DNA of 64,000 nucleotides. It comes from Glycera tridactyla (taxonomy: Eukaryota). Under the pieces are notes generated by a model. The model saw only the letters and a program-made list of their open reading frames with translations, was not told the DNA's origin and ran no database searches. Of the stretch, positions 25,561-38,490 are shown piece by piece. The stretch is taken from NCBI GenBank assembly GCA_965644265.1, contig OZ286472.1, positions 80,662,001-80,726,000 of the forward strand. Reading direction: 5' to 3'. Position 1 is the first letter of the stretch. Each line of letters begins with the position of its first letter. The translations under genes were made by a program, and so were the position numbers.

Positions 25561-25777
25561 AGAATAAAACTATGTTTCACAATACACCATTGGACTGTAC
25601 AGATTACATTCTCAGAAAGCATCTAATTTCTTGTGAATTTGAACCTGGACCTCCAGCATGGCACGAACTACCCCGCCTGTGAAGGAGCAAGCTGTCTTGT
25701 GTGCTGAGCTATGCAGACTGCTCGAAAAATCAAAGCAGCTCGACACCCCCACCAGTAGCACACTCCACTTCCCACAC
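25561..25777 (-). mobile_element. Second copy of the SINE-like repeat at 1957-2170
   Basis: Minus strand has gcatagctcag and ggaggtccaggttcaaattc (A/B-box-like); alignment as given for the first copy. Confidence 0.65.
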
Positions 25778-26235
25778 TGACACTCCAAGACCAGGTAAAA
25801 CATCCTCAATACGTCATAAACATCATGGTTATAGAAAAAACGCTATGCCCACTACAAATCCATGAACATCAATTCAGATCTTAGTCATCTATCTCTGCAA
25901 AATGCATCTTTGCCAAGCAGTTATGATTATGTGATGTTCAATAGTACACATTTCTGCCTTTAGAGAAATAGGTGATTTATGTGTGATATCACTCAGCTGA
26001 ATATGTTTCTTCTAACTGGATTTATTGGCAGTTTGGCTGTCATATTGCGCTCATAGTCATTATGACCACTGTGCTAGCCCTACATGGAACCACTTGACAC
26101 AGTGTTCTCTTTTTTATTGTCTTTCTGTCTGGCGAGAGATATCAAAGTAGGTGCCTAGCTGAAAGCTGCCAACCAACATGAGTTTGTCCTGGTACTGGGC
26201 CTGTGCCTGACAGTCAGCAGGATGGGGATATGTAC

Positions 26236-28471
26236 ATGGCAGAAGGAGAGTGTGGACTGACCTGTGAGAGCAGCGGGAATATAACACTGTGTAGTATGGC
26301 AGAAGGAGAGTGTGGACTGACCTGTGAAAGCAGCGGGAATATAACACTGTGTAGTATGGCAGAAGGAGAGTGTGGACTGACCTGTGAGAGCAGCGGGAAT
26401 ATAACACTGTGTAGTATGGGAGAAGGAGAGTGTGGACTGACCTGTGAGAGCCGCGGGAATATAACACTGTGTAGTGTGGCAGAAGGAGAGTGTGGACTGA
26501 CCTGGGAGAGCAGCGGGAATATAACACTGTGTAGTATGGGAGAAGGAGAGTGTGGACTGACCTGTGAGAGCAGCAGGAATATAACACTGTGTAGTGTGGC
26601 AGAAGGAGAGTGTGGACTGACCTGTGAGAGCAGCGGGAATATAACACTGTGTAGTATGGCAGAAGGAGAGTGTGGACTGACCTGTGAGAGCAGCGGGAAT
26701 ATAACACTGTGCAGTATGGCAGAAGGAGAGTGTGGACTGACCTGTGAGAGCAGCAGGAATATAACACTGTGTAGTATGGCAGAAGGAGAGTGTGGACTGA
26801 CCTGTGAGAGCAGCGGGAATATAACACTGTGTAGTATGGCAGAAGGAGAGTGTGGACTGACCTGTGAGAGCAGCAGGAATATAACACTGTGTAGTGTGGC
26901 AGAAGGAAAGTGTGGACTGACCTGTGAGAGCAGCAGGAATATAACACTGTGTAGTATGGCAGGCGGAGAGTGTGGACTGACCTGTGAGAGCAGCAGGAAT
27001 ATAACACTGTGTAGTATGGGAGAAGGAGAGTGTGGACTGACCTGTGAGAGCAGCAGGAATATAACACTGTGTAGTATGGGAGAAGGAGAGTGTGGACTGA
27101 CCTGTGAGAGCGGCGGGAATATAACACTGTGTAGTATGGGAGAAGGAGAGTGTGGACTGACCTGTGAGAGCAGCGGGAATATAACACTGTGTAGTATGGG
27201 AGAAAGAGAGTGTGGACTGACCTGTGAGAGCAGCGGGAATATAACACTGTGTAGTATGGCAGAAGGAGAGTGTGGACTGACCTGTGAGAGCAGCAGGAAT
27301 ATAACACTGTGTAGTATGGCAGAAGGAGAGTGTGGACTGACCTGTGAGAGCAGCAGGAATATAATACTGTGTAGTGTGGCAGAAGGAGAGTGTGGACTGA
27401 CCTGTGAGAGCAGCGGGAATATAACAGTGTGTAGTATGGCAGAAGGAGAGTGTGGACTGACCTGTGAGAGCAGCAGGAATATAACACTGTGTAGTGTGGC
27501 AGAAGGAGAGTGTGGACTGACCTGTGAGAGCAGCGGGAATATAACACTGTAGTGTGGCAGAAGGAGAGTGTGGACTGACCTGTGAGAGCAGCGGGAATAT
27601 AACACTGTGTAGTATGGCAGAAGGAGAGTGTGGACTGACCTGTGAGAGCAGCGGGAATATAACACTGTGTAGTGTGGCAGAAGGAGAGTGTGGACTGACC
27701 TGTGAGAGCAGCGGGAATATAACACTGTGTAGTGTGGCAGAAGGAGAGTGTGGACTGACCTGTGAGAGCAGCAGGAATATAACACTGTGTAGTGTGACAG
27801 AAGGAGAGTGTGGACTGACCTGTGAGAGCAGCAGGAATATAACACTGTGTAGTATGGGAGAAGGAGAGTGTGGACTGACCTGTGAGAGCAGCAGGAATAT
27901 AACACTGTGTAGTATGGCAGAAGGAGAGTGTGGACTGACCTGTGAGAGCAGCAGGAATATAACACTGTGTAGTATGGCAGAAGGAGAGTGTGGACTGACC
28001 TGTGAGAGCAGCAGGAATATAACACTGTGTAGTATGGCAGGAGGAGAGTGTGGACTGACCTGGGAGAGCAGCAGGAATATAACACTGTGTAGTATGGGAG
28101 AAGGAGAGTGTGGACTGACCTGTGAGAGCAGCGGGAATATAACACTGTGTAGTGTGGCAGAAGGAGAGTGTGGACTGACCTGTGAGAGCAGCGGGAATAT
28201 AACACTGTGTAGTATGGGAGAAGGAGAGTGTGGACTGACCTGTGAGAGCAGCGGGAATATAACACTGTGTGGACTGACCTGGGAGAGCGGCGGGAATATA
28301 ACACTGTGTAGTATGGGAGAAGGAGAGTGTGGACTGACCTGTGAGAGCAGCGGGAATATAACACTGTGTGGACTGACCTGTGAGAGCAGCGGGAATATAA
28401 CACTGTGTAGTATGGCAGAAGGAGAGGGTGGACTGACCTGTGAGAGCAGCGGGAATATAACACTGTGTAGT
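26236..28471 (-). repeat. 60-bp minisatellite containing 38 copies of the exon end plus 5' splice site (ctacacagtgttatattcccgctgctctcacag|gtcagtccacactctccttctgccata)
   Basis: Direct count of 38 gactgac|c sites on +; two 39-nt units and one 58-nt unit, the rest 60 nt. Confidence 0.97.
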
Positions 28472-28524
28472 GAAGATGAGACAGGCGCTTGTATCGAGGG
28501 CGGTCGCGGAGGCTCAATATGACC
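28438..28524 (-). CDS. GckIII: GCKIII exon (87 nt, phase 0-0): GHIEPPRPPSIQAPVSSSLHSVIFPLLSQ
   Basis: ttttgttttcag| acceptor; SLHSVIFPLLSQ|L matches CLSTIISPLFAEL at the start of the vertebrate GCKIII C-terminal domain; end shown at the first of 38 donors. Confidence 0.88.
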
Positions 28525-29403
28525 CTGAAAACAAAATCACTCCGTTAACTCAAGTACACATACTAGCTAGTGATTTCACCTAGTTGGTGTTTCAGGTACA
28601 ATTAACAGATGACCAGAACTTCCATTTGTCAATTCCATACTATGGGCTGTGAGAATCACCCAAGTATATGGACTCAACAGAGAAATTCCAGCATCTGAAG
28701 ATGACAGAAATTGAGTTCATCACAATAGGTAATATGTTTCTGAATAACATGAAAGGATGAGGCCTATGCATATTAAGTATTGAATACATGTTCTGCTAAA
28801 ACTTGACCAGTAATAAATGGAATGAGTAAGTTTTATCAGCAAACATAATTCAAAACAATGAGCTACGAAACAATGAATTGGAGTAAGTTAATCTGAAAAT
28901 GTGAATTTGAGTTAACTATAAATAATCATCAAAATAAAATTCAGGATACACATGAAACAATGATGAATCTTTCTAAACAAGAAATGATCATGATGAGGAA
29001 GTGGGTGCACCATCTGTGGAGAAGAAAACCTTTTGGTTATTTCTGAAAGAGCGAAAGATAGAAGCTCCGCAAACAGTACGTCCAGGACGGCAGCATGCAA
29101 GGATTGGGAGAAGCATATATTTATGAAGAAATACAGACTGAGCTGTTTGGGATGAAGATCTGATGAGGACTATTCTGCCACCTCGTTCACCACCTTACCC
29201 CGGCCTCTGATTACCTGTATCCTGACTGCTAACCACTGCTATCATGCATTCCAATTTATTGACATGCACCATATATACTGTCCAGTTGCTGTTACTAACA
29301 ATTGTTCAAATGCGACGTATATGTACTGGAACTTCTTGCAGCCAAATGTTGCATTCGCTTAAGAATAAAGCATCTTACATCTTACATCTGAACGATCTGT
29401 CAT

Positions 29404-29570
29404 CAGGGCTCTACATTACTTCCCTCGGGTAGCCAATGGTTACCAGATTTACCCTTTGCCTACCATATTTTAGAAGTTAGTAGCCAGTAGATTAACAATG
29501 TATTGACTGACTACCAACATTTGGCAATGGCTACCAAAAGTATCAACTTAGGGGCCAGCTGGCTCCTAAC
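29404..29570. mobile_element. Copy of the hAT-type MITE-like repeat at 21119-21338
   Basis: cagggctcta start and shared core; right end missing. Confidence 0.55.
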
Positions 29571-30188
29571 AGTTTATTCATGCTAGATGCTATAGTGGGG
29601 GCTTACAATGGGGATGGGATAAGATGTAAGTGATGGTAGGATAGACTGATACAAGTGATTCACTACCAGGTCACCACCCTCACATGCCATCCTTTCCAAT
29701 CATGCCTACCCTCATGTTGGCATTCATGCACCTTGATCATCAATGATGATGTGTCTCCTCCTACAGGATTTATACCACAGCTGATGTGGAAAAAAGAACT
29801 TCAATTACAAGTTGGCTTGGTAAGAATGCCCAGTCAGGTGCAGGAACATTGCTAGCCGTATACTGGGAACTGACAGGAAGGAAAATAGGCCAGAAAATAC
29901 ACCCAGCATCAATGACTTGCTTTTGGTGAATAAAATGGTGGCTGTGGTATAAAAGCAAGAATGCATTCCATTTAATGGGGTACTGCACTATCCCATAGGG
30001 CGGAAGTCCACTAGTTATGTGATATCCCTAAGTCCATTTCACCCCATGAAATGATTAAGCTCTCTGTCACAGTCCAGTATTCTTCTCGATCTCCTTATCC
30101 AGACATGCACATAGAGTCTAGGTATGACCAGCTAATGCACGACCCAGCACCATCCCTGGTGTCAAGCTGACACGTCAAACGGATCTAC

Positions 30189-30425
30189 CTCGTCCCCGGC
30201 GTCGTGGCGACGTCCATCATGTTGATCGTGCTCACAATGAAGCTGCTTGTCAACATGGTGGTGACATCTCGTCAACCCACCGCCGCCATTAATGCCAGTC
30301 TCATCGTCATGGTAACTAGAAGTGTCAAGGTCAGTGGTCATAGTATGCTCATGACCTCTGAACTCCTCCACTGTGTTATCGTGGACCTGCATCGATTTCC
30401 TCGCTTGTGACACTGGCTGCCCATA
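30189..30425 (-). CDS. GckIII: Putative GCKIII linker exon (237 nt, phase 0-0), His/Asp-rich: YGQPVSQARKSMQVHDNTVEEFRGHEH...DGRRHDAGDE
   Basis: ttgattctag| acceptor, GAG|gtagat donor (non-consensus), open frame, coding-like GC; read-through would stop at 30162. Confidence 0.6.
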
Positions 30426-30961
30426 CTAGAATCAAACAGTACTGCCAAATTACAGGAACGAACGCCAAATCATTGATAGCATGCAGCACAACCAGAAAAT
30501 TACACAGGGGAACATAAAAGTTATTAATTTCGAAATAGGATATACTTATAATGAACCATTTTGGATCATACTTTTTATCACTCATGTTGAAAATTAAATG
30601 GTCTTATCTCTTCAGCGGAAAATTGAAAGAATGATAACATCTGATTAACCTTGAAAACAGGGTTGACTTCAATTGCTGGAGCACATTCAGTTCGACTGCC
30701 ATTACTGCTAAAAAATACAGTTTGTGAAACTATGATGGGATGAAAGTATCAGTTGTGCGGTTGAAAAGACTAGAATCAGAGAGGCATTAATTCTTGCCAC
30801 AGAATGTGACTGATCTTTACTTATGGGGCATGGTTTCAGTTGGATTCCTTACAATTTATTTTCAATACGATAACTCTTAATCTGCACATATTCAGTTTGG
30901 CCTCTATTATGGGCAAAGTACACCTCACATTTTTATAGTGATTGATCTATTCTGAGTGTAA

Positions 30962-31160
30962 CTGGATACCAGGGATGTGATTGGCTAACAACCAAAAATC
31001 GTGAAAACCTGGCACGAGGCACTTCTCACCTCCATTTTGAGGACCAAGAAAGCCCAACAACTGCTCATTAATGCCTACTATAACTCATCACAAACTCTGT
31101 CATCTATCTCCGCTAATACAGGTCCGATATTGATGCCAGAATAATCAGCATGAAATGCTC
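30962..31160. repeat. Interspersed repeat family E (cagggatgtgattggct..aaaacctgg..gctacta..ggtccgat..taatcagca); other copies near 53110-53315, 55015-55225 and 61345-61490
   Basis: Four diverged copies in the same orientation, aligned by eye. Confidence 0.6.
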
Positions 31161-31250
31161 TTTTCTGTCCTATTCCTGGGATATTGAATAAGTATGAGCC
31201 TGCTCAGTTGGAAGCAGTCGCTCTGGTTGACTGCGCTGAGATGGTAGTAC

Positions 31251-31397
31251 CTTGTAGTAGGTATCATAGTCGTCCATGTCGGTCAGGCCAAATGAGATCA
31301 TGGAGACGTTAGTGATTGGTGTCTGGTAGGCGCTGGCGCTCCCCGCAGCCGATGTGTTCAACTCTCGACTACTGCTCGATACAGCACTCCGCTCAAG
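31251..31397 (-). CDS. GckIII: Putative GCKIII linker exon (147 nt, phase 0-0): LERSAVSSSSRELNTSAAGSASAYQTPITNVSMISFGLTDMDDYDTYYK
   Basis: ttttgtggtcag| acceptor, AAG|gtacta donor, open frame, coding-like composition. Confidence 0.65.
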
Positions 31398-31998
31398 CTG
31401 ACCACAAAATGTAACACTCATAAATATACTATCCATAGACAAAACTCTGACAGAAGTTGATACCACAAAATCCAGAGAGGAAGTTTCAGCATCTTGAGTC
31501 TATGACATGCGGTGAGGTATTGGTTAAAACTTGTTCATTGAGTTTGACTTTGGGTAGGATTTGTGCAGCAATGTAGTGGAAAGAGTATAACCCCAGTCTC
31601 AGCTCACTCAAAGTGTCAGTTTCAATACAAGTTTGAGCACTGATCAGCATTATGGTGAAAGTATTAGCAACGACTGCAAAAGAAACACTGCATCAAACAT
31701 AAAAAGCAAAGTGAATGCAGGATCAAATACTACAACAGCATACGGAGCTAATGCTTTCACTGCAAAAGTACAATATTAGAAGAAACAGGTGCACAAATGA
31801 ATTGCAAAAATCTTTCAAAAAAAAAGACAAAATAATCAGTTGAAGATTGAAAGATACATCGCTACAGAAGAACAAAGGAACCATAATCGAAAAGAATAAA
31901 TTGACATAAAGAAGAATTAGGATAGAAAGGTATTCAAACTTTTTGCCTCAAACCAAACAGCCCCCCAAAAGGAAAAGTAGCAAAGACACAGCACTTAC

Positions 31999-32076
31999 AA
32001 AAGCTCTGTTCTCCTGAAGTTCTGCGAGGAGGGCCCTCTGTTCCTCCGTGAGCTTAGGTTGCACCATCTTGGGCTG
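31999..32076 (-). CDS. GckIII: Putative GCKIII linker exon (78 nt, phase 0-0): QPKMVQPKLTEEQRALLAELQENRAF
   Basis: ttttcattgtttctcag|CAG (NAGNAG) acceptor, TTT|gtaagt donor, amphipathic-helix-like peptide. Confidence 0.72.
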
Positions 32077-32350
32077 CTGAGAAACAATGAAAACTGACCT
32101 GTCTGAGGGTGGCTACCTAGGACACCAGTCTGATGCATTCTGGGTGGGCTAGACTGAGAAACCATGTGGACCTTCATGCAAAACAGTCAACCCCTCATGG
32201 GAGCTGTGCCTGGGGAGATTGAGGAATGGATGACCACATCCCTGGTTCACACAAGATGACAGCAAGCTGACCAGTGACAGTCTTATAAGATGTGACCAAA
32301 CAAGGAGCAAGACACCTGTCAATAGTTTCATCAAGTTGGAAATCAAACTA

Positions 32351-32624
32351 TGATTAATGCAGATCTCTTCCCACAACCGGGGTGATTGCATACCATTTGT
32401 TGACGTTTCAGCTGTCATCGGCAGCCTGCCACTAGGTGGTGTCTCAGGGTCCAGACCATGAACCGAGAAGAATGGGCATACAACCTGAGTCATGGGTGGA
32501 CCGGCCTAGACCCTGCGATACCATTGTGCAGGCAAGACTTCTGAATACAGCCGTCGATGACGGCTAGAATGTCAACAAACAGTGAGTGATTCCCCCGAGT
32601 GTAAGAAGAGACTTGCAATAATCA
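32351..32624. mobile_element. Palindromic element with hammerhead-ribozyme-like cores in its arms; sister copy at 51898-52198
   Basis: Arms are reverse complements (tgattaatgcagatctcttc / gaagagacttgcaataatca); gacgtttc at 32402-32409; ctgaatac-agccg-tcgatga-cggct at 32541-32565. Confidence 0.65.
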
Positions 32625-35212
32625 AGGAGGAAGACAAACAAGAGATACTTCCAGAAGGATGACCACAACCAGCGGCAATCTGTCCATTCATCTGACAACT
32701 ATCACCAGAAAACATGCCCTGGACTCTTGAATCGCGAGGAATGATGCAGGAAACCCACACAAGGATAGCATGCTTGTCATTCATCCCCATCTAACTTGCA
32801 GGCTTCAGGCTTCTTATCACACAGACTGGTGAAAACAACAAAATGTTCCAACTGACACATTCAACAGGTATCCCATTCTATTCAAAAAGAAAACAGCAAA
32901 TTCAAACCAAGCCTACTCTTCATGTTGTGTGATCAGGCGACTAACGTGTGAACACCTCTCATACTGTCCCAAGGGTGGCTGGAGGCAGGAACAAGAGACA
33001 TGAGATGGGGAGTCACTTGTGCAGGTAAGATGAAGGACATTGGTCGGTGGGTTGGGTAGACGTTATCAGCATTTACATCTATCAATACGAAGGATGATGT
33101 ATGCCATTTGTGTTCCTGATCTATAAAAGAAAGATCAGAGAGGCAAAAGAAACACAAGTCATACACGGATAACACATACCGGCGAGGGCCAGTGGAGCAT
33201 GGGTTTCTGGTAATCTACAAAATATTGTCGGCATGGGGAATGATTTGGAAAGGAGGATAAGAACTATTCAGCCATTCGACGATGCAATCAGGAATTCAGG
33301 CCAGACATCTGCGCAGTAATCATGTGAGGGTCAAGGACATATATGGGAAGTGAAGTTGGCTGGTTAACTGGTAGGTTGGATGGTTGGTTGGTTGATGGGT
33401 ACAAGTCATGACTCAGGGCCACAAGTACAGTAAATTGACTGCAGAAGGACCGGCTATATGGGTGAGAAACTGCACCATGAGTTGACAAACCAGTGACAAG
33501 CAGACCACAATAAATCCCAGAACATGCAACCCAGATTGGTACCGTCGACATCAAAGAGAATACAATCCATGCACTTCAGCATCCACATTTTCTCGGTGTG
33601 GCCCTCATTCTCATCTCCAGACATTCAAGCTTTAGAAAAGACAGGAGAGAAACTCTAGTTCATCCTAATCTGAATCAGTCACTTGTGAAATGCAGATGAT
33701 TTCTGGGAAGACTTTGCGCAAGAAAAACATTTTGGATGAAGAAAGCATCCCAGATAAGGTCATACTTATCTACATTGCAAGGAGAGTTGGCTTTTTCTGC
33801 CAATTATTGTCTTCAATCCCTAGATGTGATCCAAGCTGGATCTGAAACTCCAGGCAGCCTGCATCTGTGAGTAATCACTACAATTTTCACAGGATAAAGC
33901 AACAACTTGAGGAGAAATAAAATCTCAATTTCTGCATGGCCCTTCTATAAATGTATAATGACCACCAACCTAATCATTCAAATGATCACATAGACATTTT
34001 GACATCAATTGAAATATTCTGAGAGTAGATAGAGGAAATAGTCTATGACGAATTATTATCATGATCATTCATCACACCACAGTAACCCGACATGCACTAC
34101 ACCTGTATGAGAATTTGGTAGAAATCAGGGTGCAAATCGACCTGACACTCATGCCCCAGAAAGGGGCTAACTTTGCTAAGGAATTGAAAAACTGTACACT
34201 TACTGCACTATCAACTGAGGCAATGCACTACAAGTTATTCTTCAGGGAAATATGTCTCACATACTACTGTGACAATTCTATTCACAATCACATGCACCAT
34301 ATGCAAATGTTCCACATGAGTATCCATAATATCAAGTGCGTGAAGACACACCTCAAACATGCTAATTTACTATCGAACTTGGGAAAAGTGATAAAAAAAA
34401 CCATTTTTCATTACCAATAGTGATCTCTCTCAACTATAAGTAGATACTAAATGTGCAATAGAATAACATGTGAAATACAAAGTGGAATAAAACAGGTGAT
34501 GTTGAACATGTGGAAATACACGACTAAGCCATGTACTGTGACTTGACTGGGATGGCACGGCTGGTAAGGCCGCTGTGGATCCAGACAGGGACACAGCACT
34601 ACAAGGCCTGTACTTGCTCCTCACTTATTGCATAGTTTCAATGTTTATTTGAGATATTGTAATGTCATACTCATCTTGGTCATCTAATGCTTGTTAAACT
34701 TTTTCTTACCAATGAACAATGCATAAGAAAGCTACTAGAATTTGCAACAGTCTCAAAGCCATCTTGAAATTTCCGTTGGCTAATTGAGCTATGAATGATT
34801 CCTACTTTCATTCAGTTGAGAATCACAGACAATTTCTGTAGGTTTGTCCATGATGCTCTCATCTGATGCTGTTCTATGATGATCCAGTTTTCTAGTAAGA
34901 TGATATACTAATGTCATCATGAATGCAATAGGCACCAACACCCACCAACAATCAACTGTACACAAACACACAAATACCACATCAAAGAATGTACAGCAAA
35001 AGAAAAAAAAATCGCACAAAGAATTCTCACAGAAACCAGAAAGAGGAAAAAATCTAGTGGTGTGCGAAGTGTGCAGTGACCAGTAAAAGCGATGCCTGGA
35101 TGGTGGAGGAGGATGAGGCAGATCGCGCGCGTCTGTGGCATGTCAGTGGCGATGCACGGTCATCCTCCGCAACATGGCAGACATCGCATCTGTGCACACA
35201 CAACACACTTAC

Positions 35213-35332
35213 TTCCGTGTTGGCTTCTTCTTGACTTGACACAGAACTATCGTCTGTGAAGCGCCCCCTAGAGTCATCCTCACTGCCTAATGACTGTCCG
35301 TCTTCCTCATAATACTGACGGAACTTGTCGTC
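35213..35332 (-). CDS. GckIII: Putative GCKIII linker exon (120 nt, phase 0-0), acidic/Ser-rich: DDKFRQYYEEDGQSLGSEDDSRGRFTDDSSVSSQEEANTE
   Basis: tgtctgtttgacgcctgattgtag| acceptor, GAA|gtaagt donor, open frame. Confidence 0.75.
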
Positions 35333-35533
35333 CTACAATCAGGCGTCAAACAGACACAGACATTACCAGCCAGCCAGATCACACACGCACACACAAACAC
35401 AGTCTGGTGACAAGACAGATATAAAGGCCACCACTTGCCATGCAAAGATCAAATGATATCCACTAACATATGGCAAGCATGGAGATAGACAAACTTTCTG
35501 CAAACAGACAAAATGTGGTTCTTCCATGCAATT

Positions 35534-35921
35534 GGCAGTACATTAATGAACGGGTAGGACAGCTGTCAGCCATGATCGCTGTCATATCATGAGATGTTCC
35601 ATTACTCTGCTACACATCATAGTTGGATATGGCAGTATATTAATGAACGGGTAGGACAGCTCTCAGCCATGATCACTGTCATATCATGAGATGTTCCAGT
35701 ACACTGCTGCACATCATAGTTGGATATGGCAGTATATTAATGAACGGGTAGGACAGCTGTCAGCCATGATCACTGTCATATCATGAGATGTTCCATTACT
35801 CTGCTACACATCATAGTTGGATATGGCAGTATAATAATGAACGGGTAGGACAGCTGTCAGCCATGATTGCTGTCATATCATGAGATGTTCCATTACTCTG
35901 CTGCACATCATAGTTGGATAT
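35534..35921. repeat. 97-bp tandem repeat, 4 copies
   Basis: ggcagta unit starts at 35534, 35631, 35728 and 35825. Confidence 0.93.
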
Positions 35922-36756
35922 CTAAGACCATCAAATACCTGGAACTAGAAAGAATCATCAATGGCATGCACAACAAACTAAATTCATACAATTACAAATA
36001 AGGATGAGAATTTCTTCCAATATAATTCCAGGAGTGCCTATGTATTCTCTATCTCCACTTCAAAATTCAGCTTTGATTATCAAAAGTCCAGGACTGATGA
36101 ATTTCAAGTGAACATGAAAACTGCCACCAGTCAAAATATTGATAATGATAGTACAGGTTACATGAAGGAAATCTTATGTCATTTCCAAATATTTCTGGAG
36201 GCTTCTCCTCACTGGTTGGATGTGTGTATCTCCCTATTCTTCTGAAGTTGAAAGGAGATTTCCTGCGATAATGTGTAAATATTGCACTCGTCTCATTCCC
36301 AGCACCAGAGATCTTACGATATATTGGAAGAAAGACAGACAGAAGTGAACGAATACATGAGAAAATATCAGCAAACAAAAGCAATAGAATAAATGACGTA
36401 TAATGCATTGACAAGAGAAGCAGTATCAATCAGATAGATCGGTAACGACTGTACTTGTTAGTAATCAAATATTGTGGTATGTGCAAACCACAGGCAAGCC
36501 CTGAAATCACTTAATGTTCACCTTGAAGAGCATAAAAATCATATCCCTGGTGGAGGAATAATACAAAACATAAAAAACAACTCATCACCCACTCTGGCAT
36601 ATTTTAGGACGATTGCTAATCATCACCAATGTGCAAGCATGATAAAAGGTGCCCAGATGTGTCCTGGGTAAACTGCAGTGATTAGTCATTAAAGTTCTCA
36701 AATCATGAGAATTAGTATCAAAGCAAAGGATGTGTCATCTGGCATGGGATATCATA

Positions 36757-36904
36757 CACACGGTGGATCCACCCATACCCTGCCAGCTTAGTAGGATTCC
36801 CACACCAGAACTAGCTCATGGGATAACACACACACGGTGGATCCACCCATACCCTGCCAGCTTAGTAGGATTCCCACACCAGAACTAGCTCATGGGATAA
36901 CACA
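36757..36904. repeat. 74-bp tandem duplication, 2 identical copies
   Basis: ggatcc at 36765 and 36839. Confidence 0.9.
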
Positions 36905-38358
36905 GGTAATATCAGTACAGTTCCAGTAATAATTCAGCTCAGTGAATAAGCAAAATAAATATATTCAAGCCAGCAATACAGATGTCCCAACAAGATGAAT
37001 GGAGGTGCATTACATGGAAGCTATGGTCAGACTACTCTGCATCCAGGGTGCAAATGATACAAGGTGAAAGTGGCTGCCAGAGGCTGCTGAATGCAAGCAC
37101 ACATCTCACATCTTGAGGCACTCGGGACAGAGGCAGAGGCGCCCAGTGGTTGTGGTTAAGTTGCATTAACCATAGCCACTAATCAAGCATCGACTAATCA
37201 AGCATCGGAGATGTGTGTGAGAAGAGATTGAGTGGTCCAGGTACGGGTGCTGTTAATAGAGTGGCAGGCTGTCCGTTACAGGAGGAAGTAGTGGTGGCAC
37301 CCTCATCAACAACTGCTTGAAGTGAACCAACTGCTCTATCGCCCATTACAAATACCCATCATCAATATTATCACTAAATCTTATCAATGTGGAAACTGAG
37401 CAAAAGCTTTGAATGCTTTCTCATTGTGAGATTCATTAGAGATGCTATTTTTGAGCAATGATAGAGGCGGATTCAATCTGCAGCATTGTAATGTTTCGGT
37501 GATTTTGTTCACCAGGCACAGGGTGAAAAATGGTCAAATAGAGTAATCTCAGCTAGGACACCTCCTGGGCCTTTGCTTGGCATGTGTAGCAGCACAGGGT
37601 TCAGCTCGAGCATCTGTGGACGGTCCATGTCAGTGGGGTCCCGTCGGACATACAAGGCTAGTCAGACAGAAAACATATGATGGATACATAGATATGCAGC
37701 AGGTTTGTGTGAGAAGGTTAGCCAACAAGCTGGCTGTGCTATGGACACCACTATTATGATCATTATAGGGTCTTTGGTGTGAGGCAAGCAGGGGATGGTG
37801 GACTGTGAACCAGGCAGCAAGCAGCAAGCAACAAGCTGACCAAAGGGAGATATACAGAGGATGGTTGGTCAGCCGTGGGACCAATGAGTGATACAACATC
37901 CCCCAATCAGTGAACCTCACTGACCAACTGGTCACCTGCTCCAACTCAGCCATTTGGAGCCATTTGGAGCCCATGTAATGGGTACTAGCAGCCATCTTTG
38001 TCAAAAAGGCGAACTAGATAACATTCTGAGAAGGGTTCTTGATTGATTGGTCAGTTCAGGTCATACATCCTTTCACTAATTGGTGTGATATACATGGTGG
38101 CTCTAAGCACTGCCATTTCCTGCTTGGTTGAGCAGACCCATATGGGATCAGTTGCAGGGGTCACTCTGAGCAATAAGAATGTGTCATCTCTAATGAGGAT
38201 AACTGTGATGTCTGGGAATTGCAAGTTACAAATGAAGCTAAGCAAGGAGAGTGGGGGGGGGGGGGGGGGCGAGGGGGCAAAGGGGCTGTTGTGTGAAGGT
38301 GGTGACTAAGCAAGCCAGACCCGATTACCTGCCCCGCACCATGAAAGAGCCGACTTAC

Positions 38359-38490
38359 TTTGGATGGTTCGTAGATGAGCTGGCTGGTGTGAGGCGGCGG
38401 TGGTGGTGGCGGCGGTGGCACAGCCGCCGGCTGGTGGCGGGGAGTGACACGAGGTTTGGGGGCAGGGGGAGGTGGGGGAGGAGGAGGAGG
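38359..38490 (-). CDS. GckIII: Putative GCKIII linker exon (132 nt, phase 0-0), poly-Pro: PPPPPPPPPAPKPRVTPRHQPAAVPPPPPPPPPHTSQLIYEPSK
   Basis: ttttgtttggtttgcgtttttcag| acceptor, AAA|gtaagt donor; mixed Pro codons argue for coding sequence rather than a simple repeat. Confidence 0.82.

Noticed and set aside
26114-28522. Long ORFs on both strands (322-767 aa), including Cys-rich MAEGECGLTCESSGNITLCS repeats
   Set aside because: Products of the 60-bp array. The frame with real homology (SVIFPLLSQ) starts at the 28524 acceptor and is not one of the listed ORF starts.
29768-29819. Plus-strand exon-like segment (cctacag|...CTTG|gtaaga)
   Set aside because: Isolated, with no partner exons or homology; antisense to the kinase; likely chance.
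32099-32153. 55-nt exon-like segment (tttctcag|...CAG|gtcagt) upstream of the 32076 exon
   Set aside because: Would leave a 22-nt intron, too short to splice, and breaks phase 0.
34204-34227. 24-nt phase-0 microexon candidate (CIASVDSA) with gtaagt donor
   Set aside because: Weak pyrimidine tract; such short AG..GT matches are expected by chance in 40 kb of intron.
37190-37350. GC-rich open stretch on the minus strand (AVVDEGATTTSSCNGQP...)
   Set aside because: No acceptor/donor pair gives a phase-0 stop-free exon with good signals.
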